A stretch of 64,000 bases of DNA. It comes from Marsupella aquatica. Its lineage: Eukaryota > Plantae > Marchantiophyta. Under the pieces are notes generated by a model. That model made no database searches, was not told the DNA's origin, and worked only from the letters and a program-made list of their open reading frames with translations. Position 1 is the stretch's first letter, and the number at the start of each line of letters is the position of its first letter. Location of the stretch: contig OZ316892.1 of assembly GCA_973895155.1 (NCBI GenBank), forward strand, positions 29,270,932 through 29,334,931. The letters are read 5' to 3'. A program made the translations under genes and the position numbers. Positions 11,743-24,888 of this stretch are shown here, in pieces.

Positions 11743-14700
11743 GTCTTATACGGTCATTAGGACCGTAGCCGTAGCGTAGAATAGCACGAATAGCCATCTT
11801 TTGTCATTATGAATAGATTAGGAGTAGGTTAGTTGACCGAATGATTACGAATAAAGGAAGAGGATTATTACGCTCGACCGAGGTACGGTAGCGGCAGCGG
11901 AGTAAAAATCCGTTAGAAGAATCACGCTTGGACTGAGACACCAACTTTAGCTCATTATCAACGACCAACGGCCTGGCCCTCTCACGCTCGAGCTCACCCT
12001 GGCACCTCCATAAGAGAGGAGTCGATGGCGTTGCGGGCCATTTGCTCATTTCTACCTTTCGGAATTTGCGGACGCTGCCATTTTTTTGCCTTCTTGCTCG
12101 AATCAAGCTGACCTTTACAAGAAAATCATCGAGGGATAAGAGCGGGTTGTGGCAAGATTTAGTCAGCGAGGAAGGCCTCCACCAGTAAGCGGACCAAATA
12201 GCGGGAATGCGGACTCGACGAACCGGACTACAAAGGTTAGTATGACCCTTACAGCCTTGGGATTTTGGACCTTGTTTGGCGAGGTAGGTGCTAAGTTCTC
12301 CAAGACTTACTGGTACTCTTGTCCCGAGAAAGCCGCTTATGAACAAAGATACGCAAAGCTGGTGGCCAAGGTAGCACAGGTTAATTGCGAGAAGACAGCT
12401 ATCACTAGAGATTCCAACTACAACGAGTTGTGAGACTACATCATCGAGCTATATCTCAGCGAGGAAGGGCTTAGATCGGTAGCAAAGGCAATTCTTGAAA
12501 TCCTCGCAAAGTTCTTTAGGCTAAAGGGCAGCCAGCGGCTTACTCAAGCGGAGTTCGACAAGATCCCAGGGTACCTAGACCAGCAAATCGCAGCCAAAAA
12601 GCGCCAAGAAGACATCAGCAGACAACGGGAAGCGGCACGTAATCTTACGTTCCTCGGGGAAAGCTCCAACACCCTCAATTGGGATATCGCTACACCAACA
12701 CCACCAGCGCCTCAGCCGATGACCACCGGCGAACCACCAAACCGGTCCCAAGTCCGTCCCGTGAACAACACCGAGTGTTCTTTGGGTTCTGAGCGAGTTA
12801 GTCCGCATCTCAAGCAGCGTTCTTGTAAGCGGGCAAGAACGACGACGGGCCCCGAATTGACAACACGAACCAGCACCGCTCCTGCATCTCCCCTGGCAAA
12901 CCCCCCGGCCAACCAGACCCGACGACCCCTGAATAATCCCAAGTCTAACTTATTACAGGTAATCCGCATCCCCGAGTAGTCTGGATCGCGATCAAGAAAC
13001 TCGACCACGCGGACTATCTCAAGGAGCATCAGTTGGAGCAGTTCGCTCACTTGCTATGGAGACCGTGCGCGGCCGGGCCAAAGGAGATTTGTGAGTTCAT
13101 CCCCAATTTCGACACCGACGCATCGACCACTAAGGTTTCAGGGCAGACCTTATCACTCACGGAACATCGGTTAGCACAGATCTTCTGCCTGCCAACCGGG
13201 CCAGTGCCGATTGAACTCCAAATTCGGGATAAGGAGTATACACCTCGACACTTCAAACCCGAAGGTAAGATGGACAACGGTTACAAGCAAGGGTCGTGCA
13301 CCAATTTAATCTGCATGGAGCGGCTTAACTTCATACGGACTACCCTACACATGATTGAGCCATGATCCAAGATTTCCCTCTGCACGATCGTGCAGGTGGA
13401 ACAGTACAAATGGCGGAACTGGGCCTAATTCTTTTACCAAAGGTTTTTGGGAGAGCTTAAGCGGGCTCAGGGAGGTATGGCTATCGGGGGGAAGACTTAC
13501 CTGGGAAGTCATATCGCCATCATCCTCGCCTGGTACAAGGCACAGCGGGAGGCCAGGGGAAAGAATATGGCCACCTCAGCCCCGACTAATGTCACCCCCG
13601 CTATGGAGGAGGCTATCCCGAATGAGCGGACTACCTCGCCTTGGGCAAACCCCGAGCCGGAAGCCCCAACTAATACTCCGTCACCTCCCCGGGTTGAAAT
13701 TCCGCCGCCCCCTTTTGTTGAGCCTCCACTACCCCCAGTACAACCACCTCCAATCCCTCCACCACCTGAAGAAACCTTCCCCTCCCCAGCCCAGACTACG
13801 GAGGAGCTCGTTGCCCCGCCCGAGGAACCACCGGTACCCAAGAGGATGGAGGACTACCAAGTAGCCCCAGGGACCATGGCCTACGACCTGGTCCAAAAGT
13901 TTAGTCAGACTCTATCAGGGGAGCTAGCGACGTACATCTGACAACAAGTCTCGGCGTACTTTCAACCAGCCTTCTTCATGTTAGAGCACCAACCACGGAT
14001 CGTAAGCCGCTTGGAAGAAGAACTCATGGCGAAGGGGAATGAGATCGGGCGCCTCCAAATGCTGGTAGAACACCTCGAGGAGGAGGCCACTACCCGCCGT
14101 GAGGAGTTAGTCCGCACCGTCAAACAGCGGGACGGACTAACCCAAGAGTTAGGCAGGGCGCAAGTGGATCTCAAGAAGCTGGACAACACTATGCTTCAGT
14201 TGTGCTCGGAATCCTTGGCTCGGGTTACCAATGCAACCTGACCGACCTCAACAACCAATTCCTACAAGCAGCTCAGCAGGTAGCTAGTCTCTCCGCCGAA
14301 CGGGATAAATTGCTGACGCAGAACCAGACCCATCGCGACTCCATTAACCAGCTCAACCTGGAGATAGCACGGCTCCAGACAGAGGCCGATGAAGCTGCAA
14401 ACAAGGCTGAGGAGGCGGTGCGGGACAACAAGGCCTTACAGGACCGCATTACCCTGCTCGTCCTCCAGCGGGGAAGACCTGGGCCCACCTTTGATCAAGG
14501 CGGCTCGAGGTCTCACCCCGACAGAGGGACAAACCCTGGTCCGACCATGGCTCGCACGTAAGGGGTGGTTAGCGAAGGGAGGAAGCAGGCGCCGCGCAAG
14601 GCGGTTGAGTCAGCGGCATCTTCTGGTTAGGCGTAACGACAGAATAGCTGTCATTAGGCACCGATTAGGAGCACAATAGGAAGAATTAGGACCGGATCAG

Positions 14701-15549
14701 TTAGGATCAGCCAACGTAGGATAGAGTCCATCAACGGACTAGATTTTGGTCAGTAGACTTAGCTGCTGCCGTTCCGGTCAGTGCCCTTGTCGTCAACGGT
14801 CAACCGGTCACAGGAGTGCGGTCGGCTAGTCAGAGGGTAGTTAGTCAGTAGGCATTACCCCCGGAAGGTAGCATCTTCCGGTTCCTTTCCGCAACCATAG
14901 TATTTAGGCTCTCCCTTCCGTTGTGGGAGGGGGAGAAGGCTTAGTTATATCAGCGTAAGGAAAGGCGAGGCACGGGGAGTCCCGGCCTGAGCAGGGTCAA
15001 AGTGCACCAAGGAGTGAGAGCCAGAGTCGAGCTTGCTGGGAAAGTGCGGGGCAGGGCCTCGTAGAGACTGGGCATCGACTGACGTTGGGCCCGCTAACCC
15101 CCTTAGAAGTCGAGTCAACTATGTAAATTGATTCTTTGCTAAGTAAATGTAGTATTTTCCCTCTAATGTTTCCGCAAGTAACTGGTGTTGTGAGTATGCT
15201 TTGTCTGGGCAAAGGTGCCATTTCAAGGGACGTACCGGGTGCGGACTAATGGTAGGGATTGCCACCCATTGCATGTCACAAGGTTCTGTCGCGTCGATGG
15301 CTTGAAAGCCCCAAGCTGGGAGTTAGTCCGAGTCACTAACTGTGGGAATATTCCAGCAGTGGAAAACAAATATACCTATGACTAGTACGAGTTGCGTGAG
15401 TGTTATACCAGTAAATATATTGCCTTAGCCCGACTTAGGGCTAATCGAGGCCACTACACACCTCCTTGCCCGAACCCTCACCCCGACTAGTGGTCAAAGT
15501 TGCCCCATGGAACTAAACTGGATTTAAGGCCCGGGTTAGGGGCGCGACA
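11695..15549 (+). repeat. 3' LTR (3855 bp)
   Basis: Direct repeat of 1790-5634; preceded by the PPT and followed by TSD CTTCA. Confidence 0.96.
12242..14561 (+). pseudogene. LTR-encoded accessory gene, 3' LTR copy
   Basis: Same gene as 2339-4646 with different lesions (TGA 12431, TGA 13363, TAA ~13426, TGA 13939, 5-bp insertion ~14231). Predicted intron 12825-12958. Confidence 0.7.
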
Positions 15550-18500
15550 CTTCATTCAAGTGTGCTCTGTCTTCTCTTTGCCACTCGCTCAATTCTATGT
15601 TTTTGCTGAGAAATTGCTTGCACAAGAGGTTTGTGTCACCTCTAGGTAATTCTACCAGGTAATTAAAACAATTGACAAAATTCTGTTGTTCGAAAGTCAC
15701 TTCCATTCATTCAGCAGCGTTATGTCTCTGTGCTCTTCTCTTTTCGTCATGTTTTGTCTATAGCGATCATAAATGTTTTCAGGAATCAAAGCTCTAAGTA
15801 GAATAGGAACAGAGGGAGCTTGTCCTGACCCAGAAAAAATTAACTTGCTTTAAAATTGCCAATGGAAATATCCTCTATCTTAACACATGCACACCATCTC
15901 CATGTAACACTCTCATCTCGGTATGCTTACCTTCATTAAGTACTGATTCATAAACCTTGCAAAAACTTGCTCTCATCAGTACCTCCTTCATTAAGTACTG
16001 AGTCATAAACTGTCCTTGTTCTTTTTTTGGCACTAGGGAAAGGTTACCTTTCCAAAAAAACAAAATAGAAAGTAAGTAAAGGCACAATTCTTACAGTCAT
16101 GCACAAGCTTAGATGGGATCTCCCCTAAACCTCCAAAGCTTGGCTGAGATTTTGGAATGTCTTGTGTGGATTGCTAAAGCTGACTTAGTACTCAAGGTCA
16201 GGTGAAATCCTAGTTAAAATGGGTGTTTTAGCTTTTATGCAAGCTCAGGAATCCTATCAGAAAAAAAGGTTTGGATGGGAGATCCCAGCTGGCATATTCT
16301 TAAGAGCAAAACTGTATGACTTTTTTACTTAGTTTAATACCCTTGGAGCACATAATTGCATTAACTCCTGGAACATGCTTGGAAGAGCATAATTCTTTTG
16401 TTGCATAGGAAGCATCTCCTCATCCCAAGGGTATGCGCATAGGGCGAGTCTACTGTATGTAGGTAGTCGGAAAAATTGATGCATTGCTTGATCCATCTAT
16501 CTATGTCAACAAATTACACTGCAACCTAATCTGTATGGCATACAAATTCACCCACTATCTAGAATTGAAAATTCACTTTCACATGCCTTCCAAGGCAGGG
16601 CGCATGGATCTCCCCCTATCAAAGTCTGATCAAAAGAGATTTGTTCAGCTCGAGGTACACTTGGGGGAGCTTACTTTGTGTATACTATGTAAATTACCAA
16701 GAGGATCTTGAAATCACAGATCACTTGGGGGAATTTTTAAGGGAGGGATTATGAGATTTGTGAGATCATAGATGAGGTTGGTAAAATCCCAATCAAGGGC
16801 AAAGGAGGCATATGTACCACCTCAATGTTGTACATAATTTATCAAAACTGAGCCTGCAAAACCTTAATCCAATTTTAACTAGGGTTGTGGGATAGTTAGA
16901 ATAAATTCCACCATAGGAAATGTAATGTTTAGGATTGTACACGTACCCAAAACCACATTAAACCTTGCAGGAAACACCTGAGAACCTACCTTGCACATAT
17001 AACCCATCACCCACAAAACAACCCGGCAGTAGGACCCTGGCCTAACCTTAGACAACCTTAAATACCAACCAGGAAAATTTATCCTCAATTTCTCTAATGT
17101 TTGATTTGTAGGTATAGCTTTAGTAATCAATGTGGAAGAACAAAAAATTCCAGCAGTCACTGGTTCCCTTAAGAGGGATAAATTAGTTGAAAAAACTTCC
17201 CAACTCATGGGAAGCAATTAAAATAGTTAGGAATTCTAGTGGTGACTTGCAATGGAGGTACTTGCTAGGCTGGTAATACAAGTGGATGGAGACAAAAAGG
17301 TAAAGCATACAAGGCTTCCCAGGAGGTAATCAAAGGCATTGCAAAACTTACCCAGATCTGAGCAATGTGGTAACTACCCAGACACTAAGGAGTGATTGGC
17401 TAATTTGAGTGATTTGCAACTGGCAAAGAGGTAGTGGCACTAGAAATGGCAATGGAAGGTAAGACAAGGTAAGAAGCCATCGCAAGACACCAAGGTAGAA
17501 ACCAGATATGATGACTTCCCAAAAAAATGGGACTGGCAGATTAGTTTGGCTGTGAGTTTGGCTCCAGAGGGTGTGCCTGGTATAACTAGTGGTATGGTTA
17601 TTGGTACCCTGTTTCGAAGCCAAGGGCGAGTTTATCCCTGTAGCCAAGGTTAACACTGGTAATGCTGTAAGGCCTCCCACTTTGAAAAAAAGTGTGGATG
17701 GGCCCTGTTTATATGCTTAATTTCAGCCTATTTTCAATGCTTGGAATAAGAATTTTATTAGTTCATCCAGTCATTCCAGCATTTCCTTACTTATCAAACG
17801 TTTCTAACTTTATCTAACCATAATGGGGAATGTAAACACTGTGTCTCTTTTGTTTTGAGGGCAGGGGGGGAGGGAGCATGGCATTGAGTTTCTGCATTAA
17901 TTTAAGTAATTCCAAGACCCGTGGCAGGATTGCCTACGTTGAAAGTGCTATAAATTAAATGCTTCAACGAGGCAAGCTGGGCTCTTGAAATACTAGTTAT
18001 TTGATCATGTTAAAATAGTCTGTAGGTTCAAGGGAACATTGTGTTTAGACTAGCTGTCAGCCTTTTTTAGGTGTTTGTATGAGCTTAAGATTGTTCCAGC
18101 CATGCTCAATGGATTGTTTGTAAGGTATAATCTAGTCTGTTTTTTTATCAGAAACTCGTTAAGGATATGAGCTGGTGAAGAACTAGCTCACAAAGTATCC
18201 TAAGATCAGGTTGGATTTTCTCTTTGGGAAGCAGAACTTAAATTGGACTAACTTGTACTGGCTGGGTGGTCATATTATTATTTGAGTCAGGTTAGAATGT
18301 AGTTTGCTGGGTGTCCAAGCTATTCCATTTCGATGGATTCTCGAGACTTTGGACCAGTGCGGAATGGCATACAACATGCCAGGACTGTACTGTTGCATCT
18401 GAATTCTATGGAGGCATTAGTGAATGAAAAGATTGGCCTGGCACGACGTATGAGAGCGGAAGAGCTCAGGAACTTTCCAGAAGCAGCAATGTCTGCTCTG

Positions 18501-19854
18501 ATCATCAGCGATGGCCATAGTTGCAGTTGTCAAGTGGTGCATGGAGGATGCAGCACCGTATTCCCAGTAGGGTAGACTATTTATAATCAGGCACTAGCAG
18601 ACTTGAGTTCTATACAGTGACCTTTGAAAACTTGTGTGGAAATTTCTTTCATCAGTGTGGCGGATCCATAGAACTGAAGTCCACCTGGAAGTCTGGAGTG
18701 GTGGGCCGGTTGCCACCTGCAAGGCTACGAGACATCCAAACTGAGTTCCAGCGATTTCAGCGCAGATTTGGAGAGGCTGTTGAGAGTATGAATGAATTCT
18801 GGTACTGAACAAATAGTAGCATGATGGAGAGACACAAAATTGCCTTCCTTGTCCAATAAAGTTGTTGGTTATGAATATAGTTCACCTGCCATAATCCCTA
18901 TGAATGGGAGCATAAACCCCCATGTCCTTCGTGACCTTCATGGATATCCCAATCTTGTCTTGAAGATCAACTTGCACCACTGTTAGATTTTGTGTGTACT
19001 TGCTTACATTGACAATGTCAGCAAAACCCTCGGAGAGCCACAAGAGATTGTACAAATTTTCCATTTTGCATTTGCTTCAAGCTGGTCCAGTGGCTTTTCT
19101 GCATACTTTTCTATAATAGACACTAAGCCAATCTCGCCAATCTCATCAATGCTATCCTCATGTGATTCTTAGAGTGCCTGCTTCTCCCATCTTCTCAATT
19201 GCCGAACCACACCATCGTAAAGACCAATACAGATTGGAGGCTTGACATGATGATGTGAGATCTCATCTAGACGGTGTTAAAAAAACGGGCAAACCTGATG
19301 TAAAATATGTACAGAAAGTGGGAAAATGAGGATGCCAAAACATTACAAGAAGCTACATGTACGTGGTAGAATTGAGGTGAATGACGAGCCGGGTCAATAT
19401 AGAGATTGCCATGGAAGCCGAAATATCGAGATCACGAGATGCACAGAAAAGGAGGGGAACACGTTCGAGAAAAAGAAGCTCAAAGGAAATGCCTTCCGAG
19501 ACTAACAAGACAACATGGCTGATGCGACAGGTAGAACAACAATAAGCTTATTAAATAGGGAAAGATACGCAGAGAGATGCATTTTGATGAAGCTCCTTTG
19601 ATATTTTCTCATCTTATTAAATATTTGAATATGTCATGACTGGGCATATCTTCGCTACGACTTGCAAACTCAATACAACATAGCCAACTCCACTAATTTC
19701 CAATGTAAATAAAAAATCATCTTTCTCCATGAGAAAAAAACAACTAGAGCCACATGACACTTTTCAATCAAATACTTGTATATCTACATCTACAAATCTA
19801 TATATACTACCACCTGGGCTGTGCAATTCTACAAAGCGATTATTTCCAAGATGA

Positions 19855-22457
19855 TCAGATTGGCTTTGATACAGCAAAAAGTATGTAAATTCCTCTCCGA
19901 TAGGAATACCAATTCACAAAACCACATGCCTCGGTTGTATCCCTCAAATCACTTTCTGTTAGCCAATTGAATGGCAGCTGCATTTGATCTATCGTCTGCA
20001 ACCAACATCGAAGTACACCAAGAACGTGGATGACAACATCAACAAATGTATTCTTCAAGAAAAACTCCATCAGAAGTAGTCAGCTCGAAAAACGACATCT
20101 CGCCTTCCTGAAGGCTGATTCTAATCCTATCAATCCCGCATAAAAGAGTGCTTTGGTTCGCAGACTTTATATTTTCTATGAAACAATAAATTATATCCAA
20201 TCCAGAAGAATTTCGATAGTAGTTCACGAGTGGGTGAAGCTTTTGCACCTGTCTAAGACGTTTAAGGCGTCCATCTAGAGCAGTTGGGAGGTCCGTGACA
20301 AATGTACTGCCAACAAAAACTCCTCCAGGTCGCAAAATCCTACTTATTTCAGCTACCTGCAAATGTTGTTACAGTGGTTGTATTTAGATTGACTCCCACA
20401 CCCATATTACAGTCCACTTGAGACTGCTTTATGGAAGAAATGGTCACCTGTATAACATTATTTACAATTTTGGCGATCATTAAAGTGAATATAACTTTAA
20501 CGATTATCTAGCCACAGTGAGAATGAATTGTTTCGAGAATAGTGTTGCAAACTATTAGTTTTTTTTAATGACCCAAACTTTGTTGATGGTTAGTACTTGT
20601 CCTTTTAGTCAGCCTTGTTAAGTTTCTCGGTATTTTAGAGGGCTGGATCTCCATTGCGTTTTGGTGAGACTTTGTTCTCTATTATATTTGTCCTTGTTAT
20701 AATCAGTGATGGTACGTGAAACGCTTCAGTCCCTTTGATTTCACACTTCTCTCCTTACCCATCCCTAATCTACTCATTGGATTACATTTTCTTGAAATTC
20801 TTCCCTGGAATCACCGACATTGCTGTATATTGAGAAGAAAAATCCAAGGTTTAGGACAAGAAAGGACAAATGCTTACAGATGACAACACGTTCGGCCAGC
20901 AATGAATTGCAGCAGCAGCATGTACACCAGCCACTGATGCTGTTGCGAGTGGTAGTCTTGCAGCGTCCGCTCTCACGAGCACCACCTTTCTGTGATCACC
21001 ATTGTATTTGCCTTCAGAACATCACATTTAAGTTGAAACTTGTGGTTGAGTTTTTGCATAAGCCCTAAACCCCAAACTCAGAACGAGCTAACGGTACCAT
21101 CTGTTTTTCTTCCGCCATCTAAGTATGATTGCCTATACCGCGTTTCAGGGGAAAAAACAAGGTCTGTTTTAAAAACTTTGCAATGAACTCCAACGTATAA
21201 AACCTTTTAGAAAGTCAAATTTGTTGAAGGAACTTACGACAAGTCTGCCGATGCATCACTGTCAAGAAACCCACGACACTGCTCTAGCATGGCCTGGGAG
21301 AAATCAGAGGCAATGACCGTCTCATACTCTCGTCCAGCCAGGAAACGCCGTGTAAAACCTCCAGGTCCACAGCTAAGATCCATGATCACTTCTCCACGAG
21401 CAGGTTCCAGAAGCCTTTCAGCCATTTCAGCCTAAACAAGTGCAGTACCACAAACATGTCAAACCAAAACAGGTCGCTGTAGCCGCAGCAACAATGTGAC
21501 AAAAACGACTTATTATAGTACCCTTTCTGCAGGCACCTCTAAAGACTCACTGCCAAGTACAGAAAACTCACACAGCTGAAAAACCAGTAACAAGTAAACA
21601 TGAAAAAGGGAATCAAACACAATCCAAAACTGCTGAACACTTATGGAGAAAAGTATCAACCTAGATGAAAACCCTGAACCCTAAACTATAAAACTGATTT
21701 ATCAGGTGGAACATTGACAAAAGCACACAGGCTAAGGGAAATATGTATCATACGATTTCATACTACCTCTTCATCAAATCCGGGGAAGCTGGCAATACCA
21801 AATAAGTCTCGGTATCCTCTCTCATAAACAAAAGCGATCAGGGGGTTCCTGAAAAGGTGGAACAAAGCTAACGAACAGAGTTAGTTCTTCGGAGGCGGTT
21901 AATCAAAACAAGTGCCAAGCCAAACAAAACCACCAAATTCATTGTAGAAGGGATTTCAGGAGATTAGAGCAAGAGGATCGGCATTCAGTTCTAAGCATGA
22001 GGATAAAGCAAGCGTTGTTGTCAATAAACCAACGCCGGGCCAAACTACTGCCCTAGCCAGTTGATAGCAGTAGCTCTCAACGCTTGAATGGAGCCTTACT
22101 GAAAAAATGAAGATCCCAAGGCGACTCTCTCACTAGGAATTACTAGATCAATAATCCCTCCATCGTTCTTGTACGATTTTTCGCAATTCTTGCAGCGCAA
22201 CGAGGTTTCTTTGAATGTGAGCCTGAACACAAGCAACTGTCCAGAGTCATGGGGCGTGCCGCAGACATCTTACAACACAGCCTCCGCCTCCTCCTACTAG
22301 TCTCTAAAGTTAACCAGAAATTCACGTACACAAATAATTTTTCCAGAGAAAAACCTTACAGATTTGGGCTTTGGGAAGCAGAATACGTTAGGGGACGATA
22401 GCACACTGGACAAGCAAGCTCAACCTTCTCCGTTTGCGTTTTGGCGGCCAGATCTGT
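19855..22457 (-). CDS. Class I SAM-dependent methyltransferase, At2g41040/At1g78140-like; 5' end not resolved
   Basis: Seven GT-AG-bounded in-phase exons: 22360-22457 (LACPVCY), 22100-22222 (CKNC), 21767-21848 (FVYERG..FPGFDEE), 21238-21431 (DLSCGPG SAM motif), 20878-20989 (VRAD..RLP..AIHCWP), 20249-20356 (EISRILRPGG), 19855-19995 (LTESDL..ACGF..KPI*). Confidence 0.88.
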
Positions 22458-23159
22458 CTAGACAAACCATGTCACAGCTTGAATAAGGGATGTGTCAAAG
22501 AAATCAGATTGTAGACACATTTTCTCACACAAATTTGCAATTTGTTGTAGATGTACCAGAGCTCATGGAATTTAAATGGTCTCGTGGATTTTATTTTACA
22601 AAATGCGGGTCTTGAGGAACCCTAATGGACAAAGGCTGCATCAGATGAATTCTCATAGAGAAATCTGATAGGTGATAAGAGGCGATTTGAATGCCTACCA
22701 AGTCAGCTAGGTAAACTGAATAATGTTTTTTAACAATTCGGCAGATATGTCTTGTAGTTTATTAATGATATTTGAAAGTGCGCACCACTCAGTACAAAGA
22801 ATGGCAAGTCAGAATTAAAGAAAGACATGAACAATTCTTTCAACAAATGGTCCAATTGCCCCAAAGACTACATTCCATGAAATGATCTTGGGCATATACC
22901 GCAAAACATATACATGCAAAACCAACTCAGCAAGGTAAGAAACCAAGTTCAGCAGATTGCCTAGTATAGATTACAGGGTAGAGGACATACACTGGAACTG
23001 GTCGGTGAAACATTGGGGTCAGTCGATGACATGGCGGCACGAACCACAGGGGCACCAGTCTGGATTCTACAAGACCGGGAACGGTGGAGCAGAGCCGGGT
23101 GACCAATCCCTGCTCTATCCTTCAACAGCGATTGCACATGTGGCCGGGAGAAGATCCCT

Positions 23160-23965
23160 GCTATGCGTAGCGAACTCATTCCACCAACCTTCAGCACCTG
23201 CTCTGTAATCGAGCTTTACAATTGTGCAGCAGGCCCAACTATTCGGATACAAGCCCTCCCAAGCTCACAATTCGAGCTCTACAACTATGCTGCAGGCCAA
23301 CGAAGCTCAATTGTTCGAATACACCACCACCACATGCTCACGAATGGAGTGCATGTGAAAGTGCATTCTCTCACACGTCCAACCAGAGGTGCTGTGTGTG
23401 GAGATCATGAGCAAAGCAGAGAACAGAAAGACAGCTGCGTAGTTCTCATGGTGATCATGAGCAAAGCAGAGAACAGAAAGACAGCTGGGTAGTTCTCATG
23501 GAGATCATGAGCAAAGCAGAGAACAGAAAGACAGCTGGGTAGTTCTCATGGAGATCATAAGCAAAGCAGAGAACAGAAAGACAGCTGGGTAGTTCTCATC
23601 AGGCCCTTCGTCTTCTTGTGGATATGAAACTGGAGGCCCAACCTCCCCTCCTTAGTATATGACACAACCACACTAGGTAGAGTAGTTCTCATCAGGCCCT
23701 TCGTCTTCTTGTGGATATGAAACTGGAGGCCCAGCCTCCCCTGCTTATTATGACAACCACAACAGGTAGAGTAGTTCTCATCAAGCCTGATCTTTTTAGC
23801 TTTTTGGCCTTCTGGCCTTTTTCTTATTTTCCCTTGATTGGTGTAGAGCTCGAATTGTGAGCTTAGGAGGGCTTGTATCCGGATAGTTGGGTCTGTTGCA
23901 CAATTGTAAAGCTCGATTACAGAGCAGGTGCTGAAGGTTGGTGGAATGAGTTCGCTACGCATAGC
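23160..23965. repeat. Foldback structure: ~124-bp inverted repeats enclosing two tandem arrays
   Basis: 23160-23283 is the near-perfect reverse complement of 23842-23965. Inside are 4 x 50 bp (23401-23600) and 2 x ~91 bp (23601-23783). Confidence 0.9.
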
Positions 23966-24854
23966 CTTTTTCTTGTTTTCCCTTGATTGGGTTTTTATCC
24001 TGTATCCCAGTTCAACACCCCCTACTTTTTGGCAGTTTGATATACTCCCAGTTCAGCGCCCCCTGCTTTTTGGCAGTTTGATATACAACAGGTTCACAGG
24101 GACAAAACAGTACACTGAACAGTATATAAGTGCAGCGTGGATAAGTGCAGTCCAACCATGTAATCCCCTAATATTACAAGTATTTTCTTTGTAAATGCAC
24201 CAAAAAATGCACTTTGCATAGGTGCAACACCACCCTCACTTACTAGTGCCCCATCAATTAGCTCATTATTTCTGAATGCATGCACTTACCCATGTGTGCA
24301 AAATTGAAAGAACATGCACTTATTACATAGTGCATTCTGTGTATAAGTGCTGGCTGTTGGTGTCTTCCCGATCGCTCTTTCATGAATGTACTCCTATTTG
24401 TCTTCAATGAAATTATCCTAGTTATCATTAAAATTCACTTCATTTAAAATACTTCACTTACTTGTTGTCCTCTCATCTATCTATTCTAATGTGCAAGTTT
24501 TCATGGCTCGTAATAGTTCAATAAAACAAGCTTACATAACTAAGGAGTCCTCAAACTAATTTCTTGGGTCTCGTTCTTCTCTAGTTGCCTTGCAGGTGCA
24601 AAACTAAAATATATATAAGGTCTCATAATCATCAAGTTATGGGCTCCAAACTCCAATGGACCACTAAAGGGTGGTCCTCACAAGCACTGCGTCCAACAGA
24701 GTGGCCCATCCCCTCCATTCTTGCTTAGCTTTCCCTCTCACAAGTATATTATAACATAACTATATTATTCTTATAAGTATAATTATAATATAATATAATT
24801 AAGTTAGCAATTGTGCCTTTTCCATTTGTGTGGTCTTTTTACAAAAAGGGAAAG

Positions 24855-24856
<2 letters not shown>

Positions 24857-24885
<29 letters not shown>
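24857..24885. repeat. (AT)n microsatellite
   Basis: Uninterrupted ATATAT run. Confidence 0.95.

Positions 24886-24888
<3 letters not shown>

Larger units (their letters stand above)
1790..15549 (+). mobile_element. Full-length Ty3/Gypsy LTR retrotransposon, non-chromovirus (Athila-like), decayed
   Basis: TG...CA termini; 5-bp TSD CTTCA at 1785-1789 and 15550-15554; two ~3.85-kb LTRs; PBS; PPT; gag-PR-RT-RH-INT domain order; Athila-like motifs RKDHYPLP, WGIDY, FPGKLHTRWLGPF; no chromodomain or additional RNase H seen. Confidence 0.96.

Noticed and set aside
1790-15549. Segmental tandem duplication rather than LTRs
   Set aside because: TG/CA ends, TSD, PBS and PPT fall exactly at the repeat boundaries.
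20039-20110. Terminal methyltransferase exon EGEMSFF...
   Set aside because: Exon 19855-19995 matches the family C-terminus much better.
23401-23783. CRISPR-like regular repeats
   Set aside because: Units are contiguous with no unique spacers, there are no cas genes, and the context is eukaryotic.
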